Source of the DNA: Mizuhopecten yessoensis
Lineage: Eukaryota
DNA length: 64,000 nucleotides
Assembly: GCF_002113885.1 (NCBI RefSeq)
Contig: NW_018404373.1
Location: forward strand, 122,737-186,736
Reading direction: 5' to 3'
Under the pieces are notes generated by a model. It was given only the letters and a program-made list of their open reading frames with translations. It was not told the origin of the DNA and did no database searches. Of this stretch, positions 1-12,600 are shown one piece after another. Numbering within the stretch: position 1 is the first letter of the stretch; each line of letters opens with the position of its first letter. Made by a program: the position numbers and the translations under genes.

Positions 1-518
1 TTGACAACTGGAAGTGAACAAGCCACCCTCAGACTTTTGACCCCATATCAATCTGCCATCACTTATTAAAATCTACTAAAACTATACGTTTTTCTAATGT
101 TCAATATCTAGATTTCATTCAATGTAAAATACAGTGCATGTCAACAATTATCTATTTGAATTACTCGGAGGCACTGTATTTAACCGTAACAAATTTTAGG
201 TAGTGATTACAATCGTTTGAAACACTTGCTGGTTGTCTGATTTAGTTGTGTGAGTCCTATACCAGGGTCAAGGGCAGAGGTACGGTCACTGCTGAAAAGG
301 TCAAGCTGTGTTCCTTTATAAATACCTCCCATGTAAACAGTGTAAAGTATATAAGTACACTTATATATGTACATGTATGTCGGTAAAATATAGACAATAG
401 ATATGATATAATTCAACTACATCATCCTAAACTATTCAGAAAGTACTTTGTATTGAATTGAATTTTCCCCCCCACACAATTTTGCTGTAAGGTTTTAACC
501 TTTCTGTATGTGTTTTAG

Positions 519-617
519 GGAAAGTGATAGGTGAGACCCATGCCAAGGCACCAGATATGTCTACCTGGGCAGAGAAAGTCTCCCTCCAGACCAAGCTCCC
601 CCTGGTGGCAGTGAAAG
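519..617 (+). CDS. POMGNT1: POMGNT1 exon: (G)[32 protein letters not shown](E)
   Basis: ttttag|GG...AAAG|gtacat; resembles the stem-region segment GPVFGEKHSKSP..SWGDPVLLKT; phase joins the next exon. Confidence 0.85.
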
Positions 618-3600
618 GTACATCAGTATTACCAATATGTAATGAAATAAAGGCTTGAGTTGACAAGTATTTTGGTAAACTTTGGTTACAGAGAAAGCGC
701 AATGAAAATTAACAACACTTTGTTTTAAATTTTATTACACAATACACTGGGACATTTTTGCTTCATAAGGTATTGCACCTCACATGAAAACTCTGTAATT
801 ACCCAGTGTTAATTAATTTCACCTATTTTTTACAAGGGAAATACTTTGTACTGTAAGCTGTATGCAGTTCAGTTATTAAGTAGCTCATAGTAACATTCAG
901 AATGTTAACCAGTGTTATTTACATGTAAACAAAATAAAATGTTACAGTGCTATTAATATATAAACAGAAAATAGGGATTGAATGACATGATTTACATGTT
1001 TACAGAAAGTGAATGTCCCTGGCCAGACACTGCAGAGAACAAGAGAAGACAGACTTTCTGTAACAAGTTTGAGGGTTATGGACCTACCTGTAGCTGTACC
1101 AGTCCAGAATCAATCTCCTTCACACTTAACCTGGTTAGTAGACAAGCAGGTATTTTGAGTTAGCTTTAAGGTTTCCTGTCCCACTGCAGACACAACACTA
1201 GAGAGTTCAATTGTGTTTTTGTCTCGCTGCCAAGCGAGGCTATGGTGTTGCTTTTCCGGCGACAGCGTCAACATTAAGTTTTTGCGTTTAAGTTAGTTTC
1301 ACTGAAAGTATAAGTGCTAGACCAACCAAACTTGGACCATAGATGCATCTGAGGTAATACATCCCAACCTATGCATCAAATGTAGGATGCGGGCTACCTT
1401 TCATGGTCCATTGACTTTGTCAGTATCTCCATCAACATTAAGTTTTCAGTATCTCCATCAACATTAAGTTTTTGCGTTTAAGTTAGTTTCTGTGATATGT
1501 GCATCGATGGTGAAAGCGTGGCACAGGCGAGACATATCAATCTGAATGGCTTGTTTTATTGTTATAACCTCCCCTTACTTTCAGTTCGGATATATCCATC
1601 TTAATGTGCGGCCAGGCCAGTGCCACCTGGTCAGCAGAAGTGCACTAGCCAAACTGCACTTCAGGTTTGGTCACAAAGATTTACGATTTTCTTTAAACCA
1701 ACCATCGGTTATGAAACTTCATGAGGTTTTCCACCTTGGTAAATGCCTTTGTGTCTGTGAGAATGTGTAGTTATTTGCAAAGTTAAAACACAAAGCTGAT
1801 ACAAGGAAAAAACTTATTGTTAATATTGTGATACAACAACAGTTCATTTCTGTATTGCGATACAATATGATATGCCTGTGTGTTGCAATATACCGGTTTT
1901 CCAATATATGGTGACAGCCCCAGTATCGGTGTGTGTTGATGGTGGACTGAAACATTACAACAGATATACACGAATAAATATTATAATGATTTTTGTCATG
2001 CAGGACTCTACCAAGCAGTCATTCAGCTAATGTTTGGATCTGATGCTAATGGCGTTATATGTAATTGAGCTTTCAAAATCTATTTTAGATGTGGTAATGA
2101 AATAAATTATGACGCTGATTAAGTCTTGCTCTGGAACTGAACCAGGTTTATCACCAGTGACCCAGTAGTGCTGTTGATTAGAGTAGCTGTCTAGAGTTTG
2201 GAGATTTCAGAATTGATTCCTGGTCTGAATTTTCCCACTGCTGTTTCATTTACTGAACTAAATATACCCATGGAAGGTGGTTTAGGGTCTCATGTATCTA
2301 TGTGGTAGAAATCTTTATAGGAGGGTGGAGGAAAAGAAGGAAAAGAGATTGGACTGAATACATGTCTGTACAAGAAATAGTTCTGATCTCAGTCTGTCTG
2401 ATAACTTATTGCTATGGTTACAGAAATGAAATTGAATGAAGATTGAGGATAAATTGGAAATGCTGTACCTTAACTGATTTCAAATCATTAATTTTCTTTC
2501 AAATATCTCATTGGTAACGTGAACATTTATACAACTTCAATTCTTCACATCATTAGTTTCACATTTTTGTCAGGATTATTACATTAATTGAATGCAATTT
2601 CAATTGGCTCTAACCTTTGAATTCATGAATGCCTGAAACTGGAATTTTTTCCTGCATTGGTTATTTAATGGCAGTTCAATAAGTACTCGAAAAGTGAAAT
2701 AATAATATTGCCATAAAAGTTACCGGTATACAATAATCTATCATATTTATATTTAATCGTTTAGTTGGAAAACAACAATATAGCTGATGTTCCAGTAGTG
2801 GTGATCGCCAGTAATCGACCCTATTACTTGTACAGGTAAGACACCAGTCCTTTTATCATACAAGTGTAATTTTGTACCTCCAGCTGTCAATCTAGCTGTT
2901 AGTAGAGAAACAATTGTTACACCAATGACATCATACAAGTGTAATTATGTACCTCAAGCTGTCAATCTAGCTGTTAGTAGAGAAACAATTGTTACACCAA
3001 TTACAGCATACAAGTGTAATTTTGTACCTCCAGCTGTCAATCTAGCTGTTAGTAAAGAAACAATTGTTACACCAATTACATCATACAAGTGTAATTATGT
3101 ACCTCCAGCTGTCAATCTAGCTGTTAGTAAAGAAACAATTGTTACACCAATTACATCATACAAGTGATAACATACACTGTGTTGTTAAACTTTACAACAA
3201 ACTTAGTTTACTGTGTGAAACTGTTAAAACTTTGCTTTTCTCCTTAGAATGCTGCGCACCATGTTGTCTGCTCCTGGAGCCGATCCCAAAATGGTCACCG
3301 TGTTTATTGATGGATATTACGAGGTAAATGTGGAGATAAATCATATAAACGGTTAGCTGAACATCATTGAAACACAGCAAAATCCCAAATTGTAAACATG
3401 AATTTGATGTTAATTAAATTGGTGTCATACATATTAACTAAAACCTGCAAGTAGATATAGTTAAACCAATAATGAAAATTGCAATGTTCTATGAATCGGG
3501 ATGTTAGTCAGTCACATGATCACGAGATGGGTCATGTGACTGTCCAGTTCTCGCCACGAGGAGGCCTCCCATGTAGAGAACCGTGCCAGGGCTCACACTG

Positions 3601-6600
3601 ATATTAATAAGGGTGGAAAGCAGATTGGTCTTGTAATAAATTCCTTTTTAATATAATCATTTAAAGGGAAAATATGTGATACTCAAAGTAGACATTGTCA
3701 TATTACTGCCTGATCAATAACAGTCATCTACTGCCATTTCCTATAGCTCATGACCTTCCACTTCCCCTCCCTGACAGCTTGACTACATAATTCATTGCTA
3801 ACTTGCTGTACATCTCCGTTTGGATGTATTCAGTAACGTTCAAGCATTAAGTTTTTAGACAAATTTGACAAACTACAGTACCATTATTTTCTGGCAATAT
3901 TACAGACAATTTATCATCAGTGATGATTAACACATGTTGGGCCCCAACCTAATTTATTGGCCGTGGTTATGTTATAACCACTGCTTAGTGTTAAAACTGC
4001 TTCAGAATTTTTCTTCCTCCTAGCTTCACTTCTGTCATATACAATAACATTTCCCTCGTTTTTCTGCGTGTACGTTTGTTAAATATCTTACTGAAATTAA
4101 AAATGCTGTTTAAAAGTGGTAGTATCTATAAATCTATGTATGTTCTGCTGAGAAAGATGGAGTTGTGGAAGGGAAGTAACTCTTTCAAGAATTGAAAAAT
4201 AAAAAATTGGCAGATGTATAGAAGGGTTATATTAGAAAAAAATTAAATATTGTAATGGAATACAAACTTGCTTCTAAAAATATAACATTAATAAACTTAT
4301 TCTAACAGATCTAAATAAGTACTATATTATATATTAAAAGTCTTTAGTAAAATGTTGGGAATTTTCTCATCAATGTGAGCCCCGTCATGAAAATGATAAA
4401 ATTTTAAATAAATGAGACATATTTAGTTATGCATAATCTACAATGAATAGTCTGGTACAATTATGATAGGTATAAACAAAGCATGGAATGATGATTGGTG
4501 AGTGTATGTATAATATCTCATGAGGCCTACGAAAAAGTTTGGGAAGAATGTTATTTAATTTTTTTTATTGCAGGTTCAGAAATATATTTGAATAGGAAAT
4601 CAAGTTATGTTTATAATCTGTTGTAATTTCATGATGCAACAGTGTTGAAAATCAACTCAGCACTTCTCTGTCCTTGAAAATACCTTGTGTATGTTCAACT
4701 TAAGAAATGCAGCGGAATTTTTGTTCATATTTGCATCCATCCTGGAATTTTACTCCCGAGAGACAAATCCCTCTGAGAGAGTTCCACAGACTAACGTGTA
4801 GCTATATGTTACATAGCTTGACATGAAAAATAGTTACATTGGCAGACACACATTTTCATTAGAAATATCATATCTGTGATATACAATTAGTACCTGTTAT
4901 GCATCAATTTTGGTGTAATATTAGCTCCTGCTTAAAATAGAAAAAGTGATGCTGATGACTGTTAGCAATATTCATAGGAAAAATTACAGCAACTTACAAA
5001 CTGACAGGAAAGCTCACTTAAACATAGAACATAAAACAGTATATTTTATATTACAAATTAACCCTTTCACCCCCAGGTAACTGCAGTAGACTCTACCATA
5101 CATTTATCTGGATGAGTCCATTATAGTCTACAGTGGTGAAAGGGTTAAAGGTATAGAGGAAAAGTTTTGAAAATCGTATTAAGTTGTGTACACATATGAT
5201 TACAATCCCAACACAAATGTTTGATGACTTAAGTTGTACTTCAGCTGAAAATATGAAGGAAAACCTTGGAAAGAGAATTTGAGTACGGTATACTGTCTAC
5301 CCCGTTAAGTTAGCAGCACATTCATCTGATGATGATTGCTGTTGCTGAAAGTACGAGTTGACTTCCCACATTACCTGTAATAGATCTGAGAGGTTTTACA
5401 CTTCTGTTTTGTTTGTGACAGGAACCCCTGGCTGTCACCACACTCCTGGGCCTCAAAGGTATACAGCACACACCCTTAGGTACTAAAGCCGCCAGGATAT
5501 CACAGCACTACAAAGCTAGCCTCACAGCCATCTTCAACCTCTATGTGGTGAGTCAAGTCATTTTCAACTTCTATGTGGTGAGTTTATAGTCATTTTCAAC
5601 CTCTACGTGGCAAGTTATAGACTTTTTTTAATCGCTCTGTTGTGAGATTTAACACACATTTTCAACTGATGCATAGTGAATTTACAGTCCTTTTCAATCT
5701 CTTCGTGATAAATTTACATCAATCTGGACTAAATATATTTACTGAAGGTGAATAAAGCATGGTGTAAAAAAAAAGACTTTACATACATACATGTACACGG
5801 TGTGACTACTATTAGGTACCATAATTATATACATTGTTGATCTTTATTTAGAGAGTTGAAAGTCAGCCTATGCACACATATACTGGATTTTTTCCCGTTC
5901 CATTTAAACTTTGCCATCTGTTAGAGAACAGCTTTAACTTAATAATAAATGTATATGTATTAGTAATTATAAACAGCGAACTTTACTAAGTATTTCCTCA
6001 GCAAAGGCTGAAACTGAGCAAAATTAGATTATATGGATGAAGGGAAAATATTTTACATGACGGAAATTTCCCGATATACAGTAGTGAGATTAAAGTCAGC
6101 CTTCACAAAGTGAATTTTCAGCCAACATGCACGGACAATACAGCTACACAATACATAACGGGTTTTAACTAGCTTGCATTTTAGATTATTCGAGACACAC
6201 CAATAAACTGTAATCAGACCCAGTGATATTTCAGACACATACGTTTGAGACCTGGGCCCGTATTCATGAAACCGTTTGAGGTCAGGACTTATTTCTTGTT
6301 TCGGTTATAAATTAATAAAAAACTCATATTTAGTCAACGATTATTGACATGATTTAAGCGAGTTACAAGAAGTTGGTTTGAGCACAGAATCAATGCTCTT
6401 AGTAAAGAGACTTCCTCAACAACAAAGGAAGTTCAGAACTCACCTGAAAAAAGTCCTACAAAAATCAATGCACACTATCAATCAAATCCGTTTCCATGCT
6501 TGAGGTACAGATTTATCTTAACGTGTATATATTTTTGATTTTCAGGACTCAAAGTATGCGATTGTTATAGAGGAAGACTTGGATGTCAGCCCTGATTTCT

Positions 6601-9600
6601 TCAAGTAAGTAGTTTTTGTCATACTAAATATAAATACTAAATAAAAATGATGTGAAATATTATTTAAATAATACATATTGTGTTGAATATACAATTTTTT
6701 ATCAATTTTCAAACAATGAATACTGAAGTCTTAAATTATTAGAAAACGTTAGCTATAATTCTTAAAATATAAGACAATGCCTATTGTAGATATTACATTT
6801 TGCTGTTTAAAGATGTCATATAGTCTACATAACAACAGATCAATGAGAAAAAAATAATTTCAGATCCTATTGTTGAATTAAAAAACTCTAATTGTCAAAA
6901 TTCCAAGTATCCATAGGTGCTGTGTGACTTATTTGTCTGTTTGATTGAGACGATGTAATTATGTGCCTGGTCAACAACATGGACTTTTAATCATTTGTTC
7001 TTTATGTCATTGTCTTATTTCGTTTGAGTATGATTGGTAGACCTTGGTGCTCTGTTTGTAAGAGAATCTATGTTACAGCTACTTCAGCCAGACCAAGTTT
7101 TTACTAGAGGAGGACCCCACAGTATACTGTATATCAGCCTGGAATGACCAGGTAAGTCAGAACTATCTGAAAATGTAATTATGTTCCTTCCCACCAAGTG
7201 ATCGCTTAAATCCCAATACAAATAATTCAGTTTGAATTTCATTCTTCTTGAAAATATAAAAGATTGACATTTTGTGTTAAATTGTAATCAGTTTATAGGT
7301 ACAGTAGCTATAGTGTAACTCAATCTAGGTACAGTAGCTATAGTGTAACTCAATCTGGGTACAGTAGCTATGGTGTAACTCAATCTTGGTACAGTAGCTA
7401 TGGTGTAACTCAATCTAGGTACAGTAGCTATAGTGTAACTCAATCTTGGTACAGTAGCTATAGTGTAACTCATTTTGGTACAGTAGCTATGGTGTAACTC
7501 AATCTAGGTACAGTAGCTATAGTGTAACTCAATCTTGGTAAGTAGCTATAGTGTAACTCAATCTAGGGACAGCAGCTATAGGGTAACTCAATCTTGGTAC
7601 AGTAGCTATGGTGTACCTCAATCTAGGTACAGTAGCTATGGAGTAACTCAATCTTGGTACAGTAGCCATAGTGTAACTCAATCTAGGTACAGCAGATATA
7701 GTGTACCTCAATCTAGGTACAGTAACTATAGAGTAACTCAATCTTGGTACAGTAGCCATAGTGTAACTCAATCTAGGTACAGCAGATATAGTGTACCTCA
7801 ATCTAGGTACAGTAACTATAGTGTAACTAAATCTTGGTACAGTAGCTATAGTGTAACTCAATCTAGGTACAGTAACTATAGAGTAACTCAATCTTGGTAC
7901 AGTAGCTATAGTGTAACTCAATCTAGGTACAGTAGCTATAGTGTAACTCAATCTAGGTACAGTAGCTATAGTGTGACTCAATCTGGGTACAGTATCTAAA
8001 AAGTGTGACTAAATCTAGGTACAGTAGCTATAGTGTAACTCAATCTTGGTAAGTAGCTATAGTGTAACTCAATCTAGGTACAGTAGCTATAGTGTAACTC
8101 AATCTTGGTACTGTAGCTATAGTGTAACTCAATCTTGGTACAGTAGTTATAGTGTAACTCAATCTAGGTACGGTAGCTATAGTGTAACTCAATCTAGGTA
8201 CGGTTACTATAGTGTAACTCAATCTTGGTACGGTAACTATAGTGTAACTCAATCTTGGTACAGTAGCTATAGTGTAACTCAATCTAGGAACGGTAGCTAT
8301 AGCGTAACTCAATCTAGGTACAGTAGCTATAGTGTGACTCAATCTGGGTACAGTATCTAAAGTGTGACTCAATCTAGGTACAGTATCTAAAAAGTGTGAC
8401 TAGATCTGGATATAGTATCGGAAGTGTGACTCAATCTGGTTACAGTATCTGAAGTGTGACTTAATCTAGGTACAGTATCTGAAGTGTGACTCAATCTGGG
8501 TACAGTATCTGAAGCGTGACAAAATCTAGGTACAGTATCTGAAGCGTGCAGTATCTGAAGCGTGACTCAATCTGTGTACAGTATACCTTAAGTGTGACTT
8601 AATCTGGTTATAGTATCTGAAGTGTGACTCAAGCTTGGTACAGTATATCTAAAGTATGAATCAATCTAGATACAGTATCTAAAGTATGACTCAATCTGGG
8701 TACAGTATCTGAAGTGTGACTCAAGCTTGGTACAGAATATCTAAAGTGTGACTCAATCAGGGTACAGTATCTGAAGTGTGACTCAATCTGGGTACAGTAT
8801 CTAAAGTGTGACTCAATCTGAGTACAGTATCTGAAGTATGACTCAATCTGGGTACAGTATCTAAAGTGTGAGTCAATCTGGGTACAGTAGCTAAAGACAT
8901 TCTGAAAGATGTACAAAATGTACATACAAATATAAAAACACAATTAAATATAGATAGAAACACACCCAAATTAATTAGATACCTATTAATATTTCTGCAC
9001 ACACATTTATAGACATCAATATAACGGCACAGACGTTCTCTTACATAGAAGCAACAGTAACTGAAAAATCATGCTAAATATGACCTCCCAAATAATTATT
9101 ATAATCTAGCAAAACATCTTACTGGACAGCTTTATTTAGCAGCACAGTAGTTTGAAAGTGAAAATAGTAGCCACTAGAAATAACTTGAGAATTGGTTAAA
9201 AAATTTAAAAGAAGAAAAAAGGGGGCATTGTTGTGAAAATGGTATTATTTTAAAACAGTTTCAATTTTCACCACCATGCTAGTTTAAATTGTATTATACA
9301 ACTCGCCAAGACATGTATTATCATGGGAAAAAATAACAATTTGTAATACAGTAATAATTATAGATTTTCACACTGTATTTTCAGGGTTTGTCGTGAAAAC
9401 AATTTTCTCATTGTGAGCACATGGATAAAATGGAGAGGCCACCACAGGTGGACTCGAGATTTTATCTACATGCAAGCGATGAGAAAATTGTTCAAACAAC
9501 AAACACTGAAAATATTGTATGATAAACTATTTATCATCTATATACTACTACCTTATATATTTCTCCATTTAAAAAATTAAAGTAAACACCATGTTTTCCA

Positions 9601-12600
9601 AATGACTTCTAAGCGCAATGGTCGACAAACGTAAACAAATAGAAGTTTTGCGCGGAGGAATACAATGAACCTTAAAACTATGTAGAATTTGTGTTTAATC
9701 AATCCTATCGTCATTGGCTTGACCATATGCACATTTGCACCAGAAATGGTGTTGTTATTCTCACAATATTTTTCCGTAACTTTGTATTGATATGTTTATG
9801 ATGAACTATTTTCTTACGCGGATCACTTTTGTGTGGATACTATTTCTGGTTTTGGACGTCATCTGGCGCGAGCAGACATTCTTTTTTGAGAAAATACGTT
9901 CCCAAGTGCTGGGATATGGAGAAAATACGTTCTCAAGTGCTGGGATATAGAGAAAATACGTTCTCAAGTGCTGGGATATGGAGAAAATACGTTCCCAAGT
10001 TCTGGGATATGGAGAAAATACGTTCCCAAGTTCTGGGATATGGAGAAAATACGTTCCCAGGTTCTGGGATATGGAGAAAAGACGTTCCCAAGTGCTGGGA
10101 TATGGAGAAAATATGTTCCCAAGTGCTGGGATATGGAGAAAATACGTGGTCAAGTGCTGGGATATGGAGAAAATACGTTCCCAAGTCCTGGGATATGGAG
10201 AAAATATGTTCCCAAGTGCTGGGATATGGAGAAAATACGTGGTCAAGTGCTGGGATATGGAGAAAATACGTTCTCAAGTGCTGGGAAATGGAGAAAATAC
10301 GTTCTCAAGTGCTGGGATATAGAGAAAATACGTTCTCAAGTGCTGGGATATGGAGAAAATACGTTCCCAAGTTCTGGGATATGGAGAAAATACGTTCCCA
10401 GGTTCTGGGATATGGAGAAAAGACGTTCCCAAGTGCTGGGATATGGAGAAAATACGTTCTCAAGTGCTGGGAAATGGAGAAAATACGTTCTCAAGTGCTG
10501 GGATATAGATAAAATACGTTCTCAAGTGCTGGGATATGGAGAAAATACGTTCTCAAGTTCTACTCAAGTTGTTCTCAAGTTGTTCTCAACTTCTTCTCAT
10601 ACTGACAACCAACGATAATGAACTATCATGCTACCGGTAGGTGGTATACAGTAGTATATAGATGATAATGTTTTAGTTATGCTTACCAGTTTATTCAAGT
10701 AGATTCAATTGTACGTAGACACTCTCTGTCAGCTTTTCCTTACTGTGACGGTAAATCCCTTGGGCACAAATCCTTTTCACTACTGTATAATAGATTATTT
10801 TTAATGTCCAAGGTTATTTCTGTGTCCTTTCGCTATGTTGGTGCTACCCTGGTTTGTTATGTTGGATGTTCTTCCATTTCCATATCTGTCTGTTAAACTT
10901 TAATAATTTACACTTATATAGTTACGTGTACACATCTTCATGCAGATTGTTTAGGTTACTTTATCTATGTAGGAAATGTTTTCTCATCAATCTGTATTGT
11001 TCAAAAAGGCCATTTCCTGTTCGTAGGAACATGTGTACGTAATGGTTCTAGATACTCTAGTGCTGGCAGCCAGGTCAACTGGTCTGTGTTGATGAATGCA
11101 GTACATTTAAATATTATTTATTATAAGTCCACTCCTGCTGGGTACAGTCTTTGGTAAACATGGGACCAAAACTTTTGACCTGGCCGATAAAAACGTTCAC
11201 ACTGCCAGTCTCTTGTAACCTTAATTTCCCATTTATAAAGGGTAGGTGTTCCAAGGTCATATAGGGTAAGTGTTCCAAGGTCATATAGGGTAAGTGTTCC
11301 ATGGTCATTTAGGGTAAGTGTTCCAAGGTCATATAGGGTAAGTATTACATGGTCATATAGGGAAAGTGTTCCAAGGTCATATAGGGTAAGTGTTCCAAGG
11401 TCATATAGGGTAAGTGTTCCAAGGTCATTTCACTTTGAATGTTCTTGAAAACAGAACAGAAAGTTATGATGAAAGTTAAGAAGGCCCGATCTTGTGTCAG
11501 CTCTGATAATCCAGTTACTAAGATTTTGGCTGTTAAAAGCTGCGGGTCGAAGAACTTCACCATTCCTATCCCACTGCAGGCAACCACTATATAATCAATT
11601 CCGCTGTAATATTTTCATACGTATATGTACATTAACCTTTCCTTGTGAGTACATCAGTTTCATGCTGTAGTTATCTATTCCACATGAAATCTGTCTGGTT
11701 TATGGTACAAAAATGAAGGTGCAAGAAAACCAGGTTGACACTAGCATAGTTTTGTTAAATCACCATTTCTATGTCCCACTTTATTCCTTTGACAGGAATG
11801 CATATATTGCAACCAAGGTAAATCGAATATGAATCCAGGGGTTGTTTTCAAATGATTTTGCCTATAACAGATTGCTTGGTTTTCCTTGTCCGTCTTGAAT
11901 CAGTAGACGCTGGAAATAAGCAACACATTCTACAAATTTCTCAACTCATTCCTTTAACAAAATATGAAACAATTTTTAAAAATGATAAAAAACATGGTCA
12001 TGGAACACAACAAAACATAATGTTCTTAAAATTTATTTCTTAGATTATGGTGGTGGTTTGGAAAATTCAGTTGTAAAATATTAAAAAAGCTATTTTCACT
12101 TTCAAACTGCTGTTATGGTTAAAGCACCTCAAAGATGAAGATCAGGTCAGTCTGTTGATGTCTTTAATGCAGGTTAATCAGATCAAAATAACGTCTCTGT
12201 CCGCTAGTCATACTCAATGTCGCTAAATAATAAATTGTTAAGTGGTAAGTCAGAGAATACCGTCCAATCATCACTGTTTGTTATAAACTCAAAATAAGGA
12301 TTTGGATAAGAAGTCCTTTTGTTCTTTTATTACCGATCATTTAGTTCCCCTTTTTGAGAAGTGGCAACAAAAAACAAAAGCTTGTGTCCTAGTCCCTTAA
12401 TGTTATACCTTTCATAAAATGTTTTTTGTCTTCGTTACAAACTGCAGTGAGTGTCAATTTAATTGTCTTGTTTTCTATTGAGTATTGCAAATCATTCACC
12501 CCTACATATTTTAACTGAACTTGCCCAGTCTTTGATTTGGTAATGTCCAAATGTGACTTAAGGGGTGAATAGGTTAAGGCTATTTTCACACTACTGAATT

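Noticed and set aside
9901-9916. Similarity of CCCAAGTGCTGGGAT to the primate Alu motif
   Set aside because: Short chance match with no other Alu sequence.
7288-10618. Repetitive ORFs ([19 protein letters not shown] and similar)
   Set aside because: Translations of intronic minisatellites, open in several frames and on both strands.
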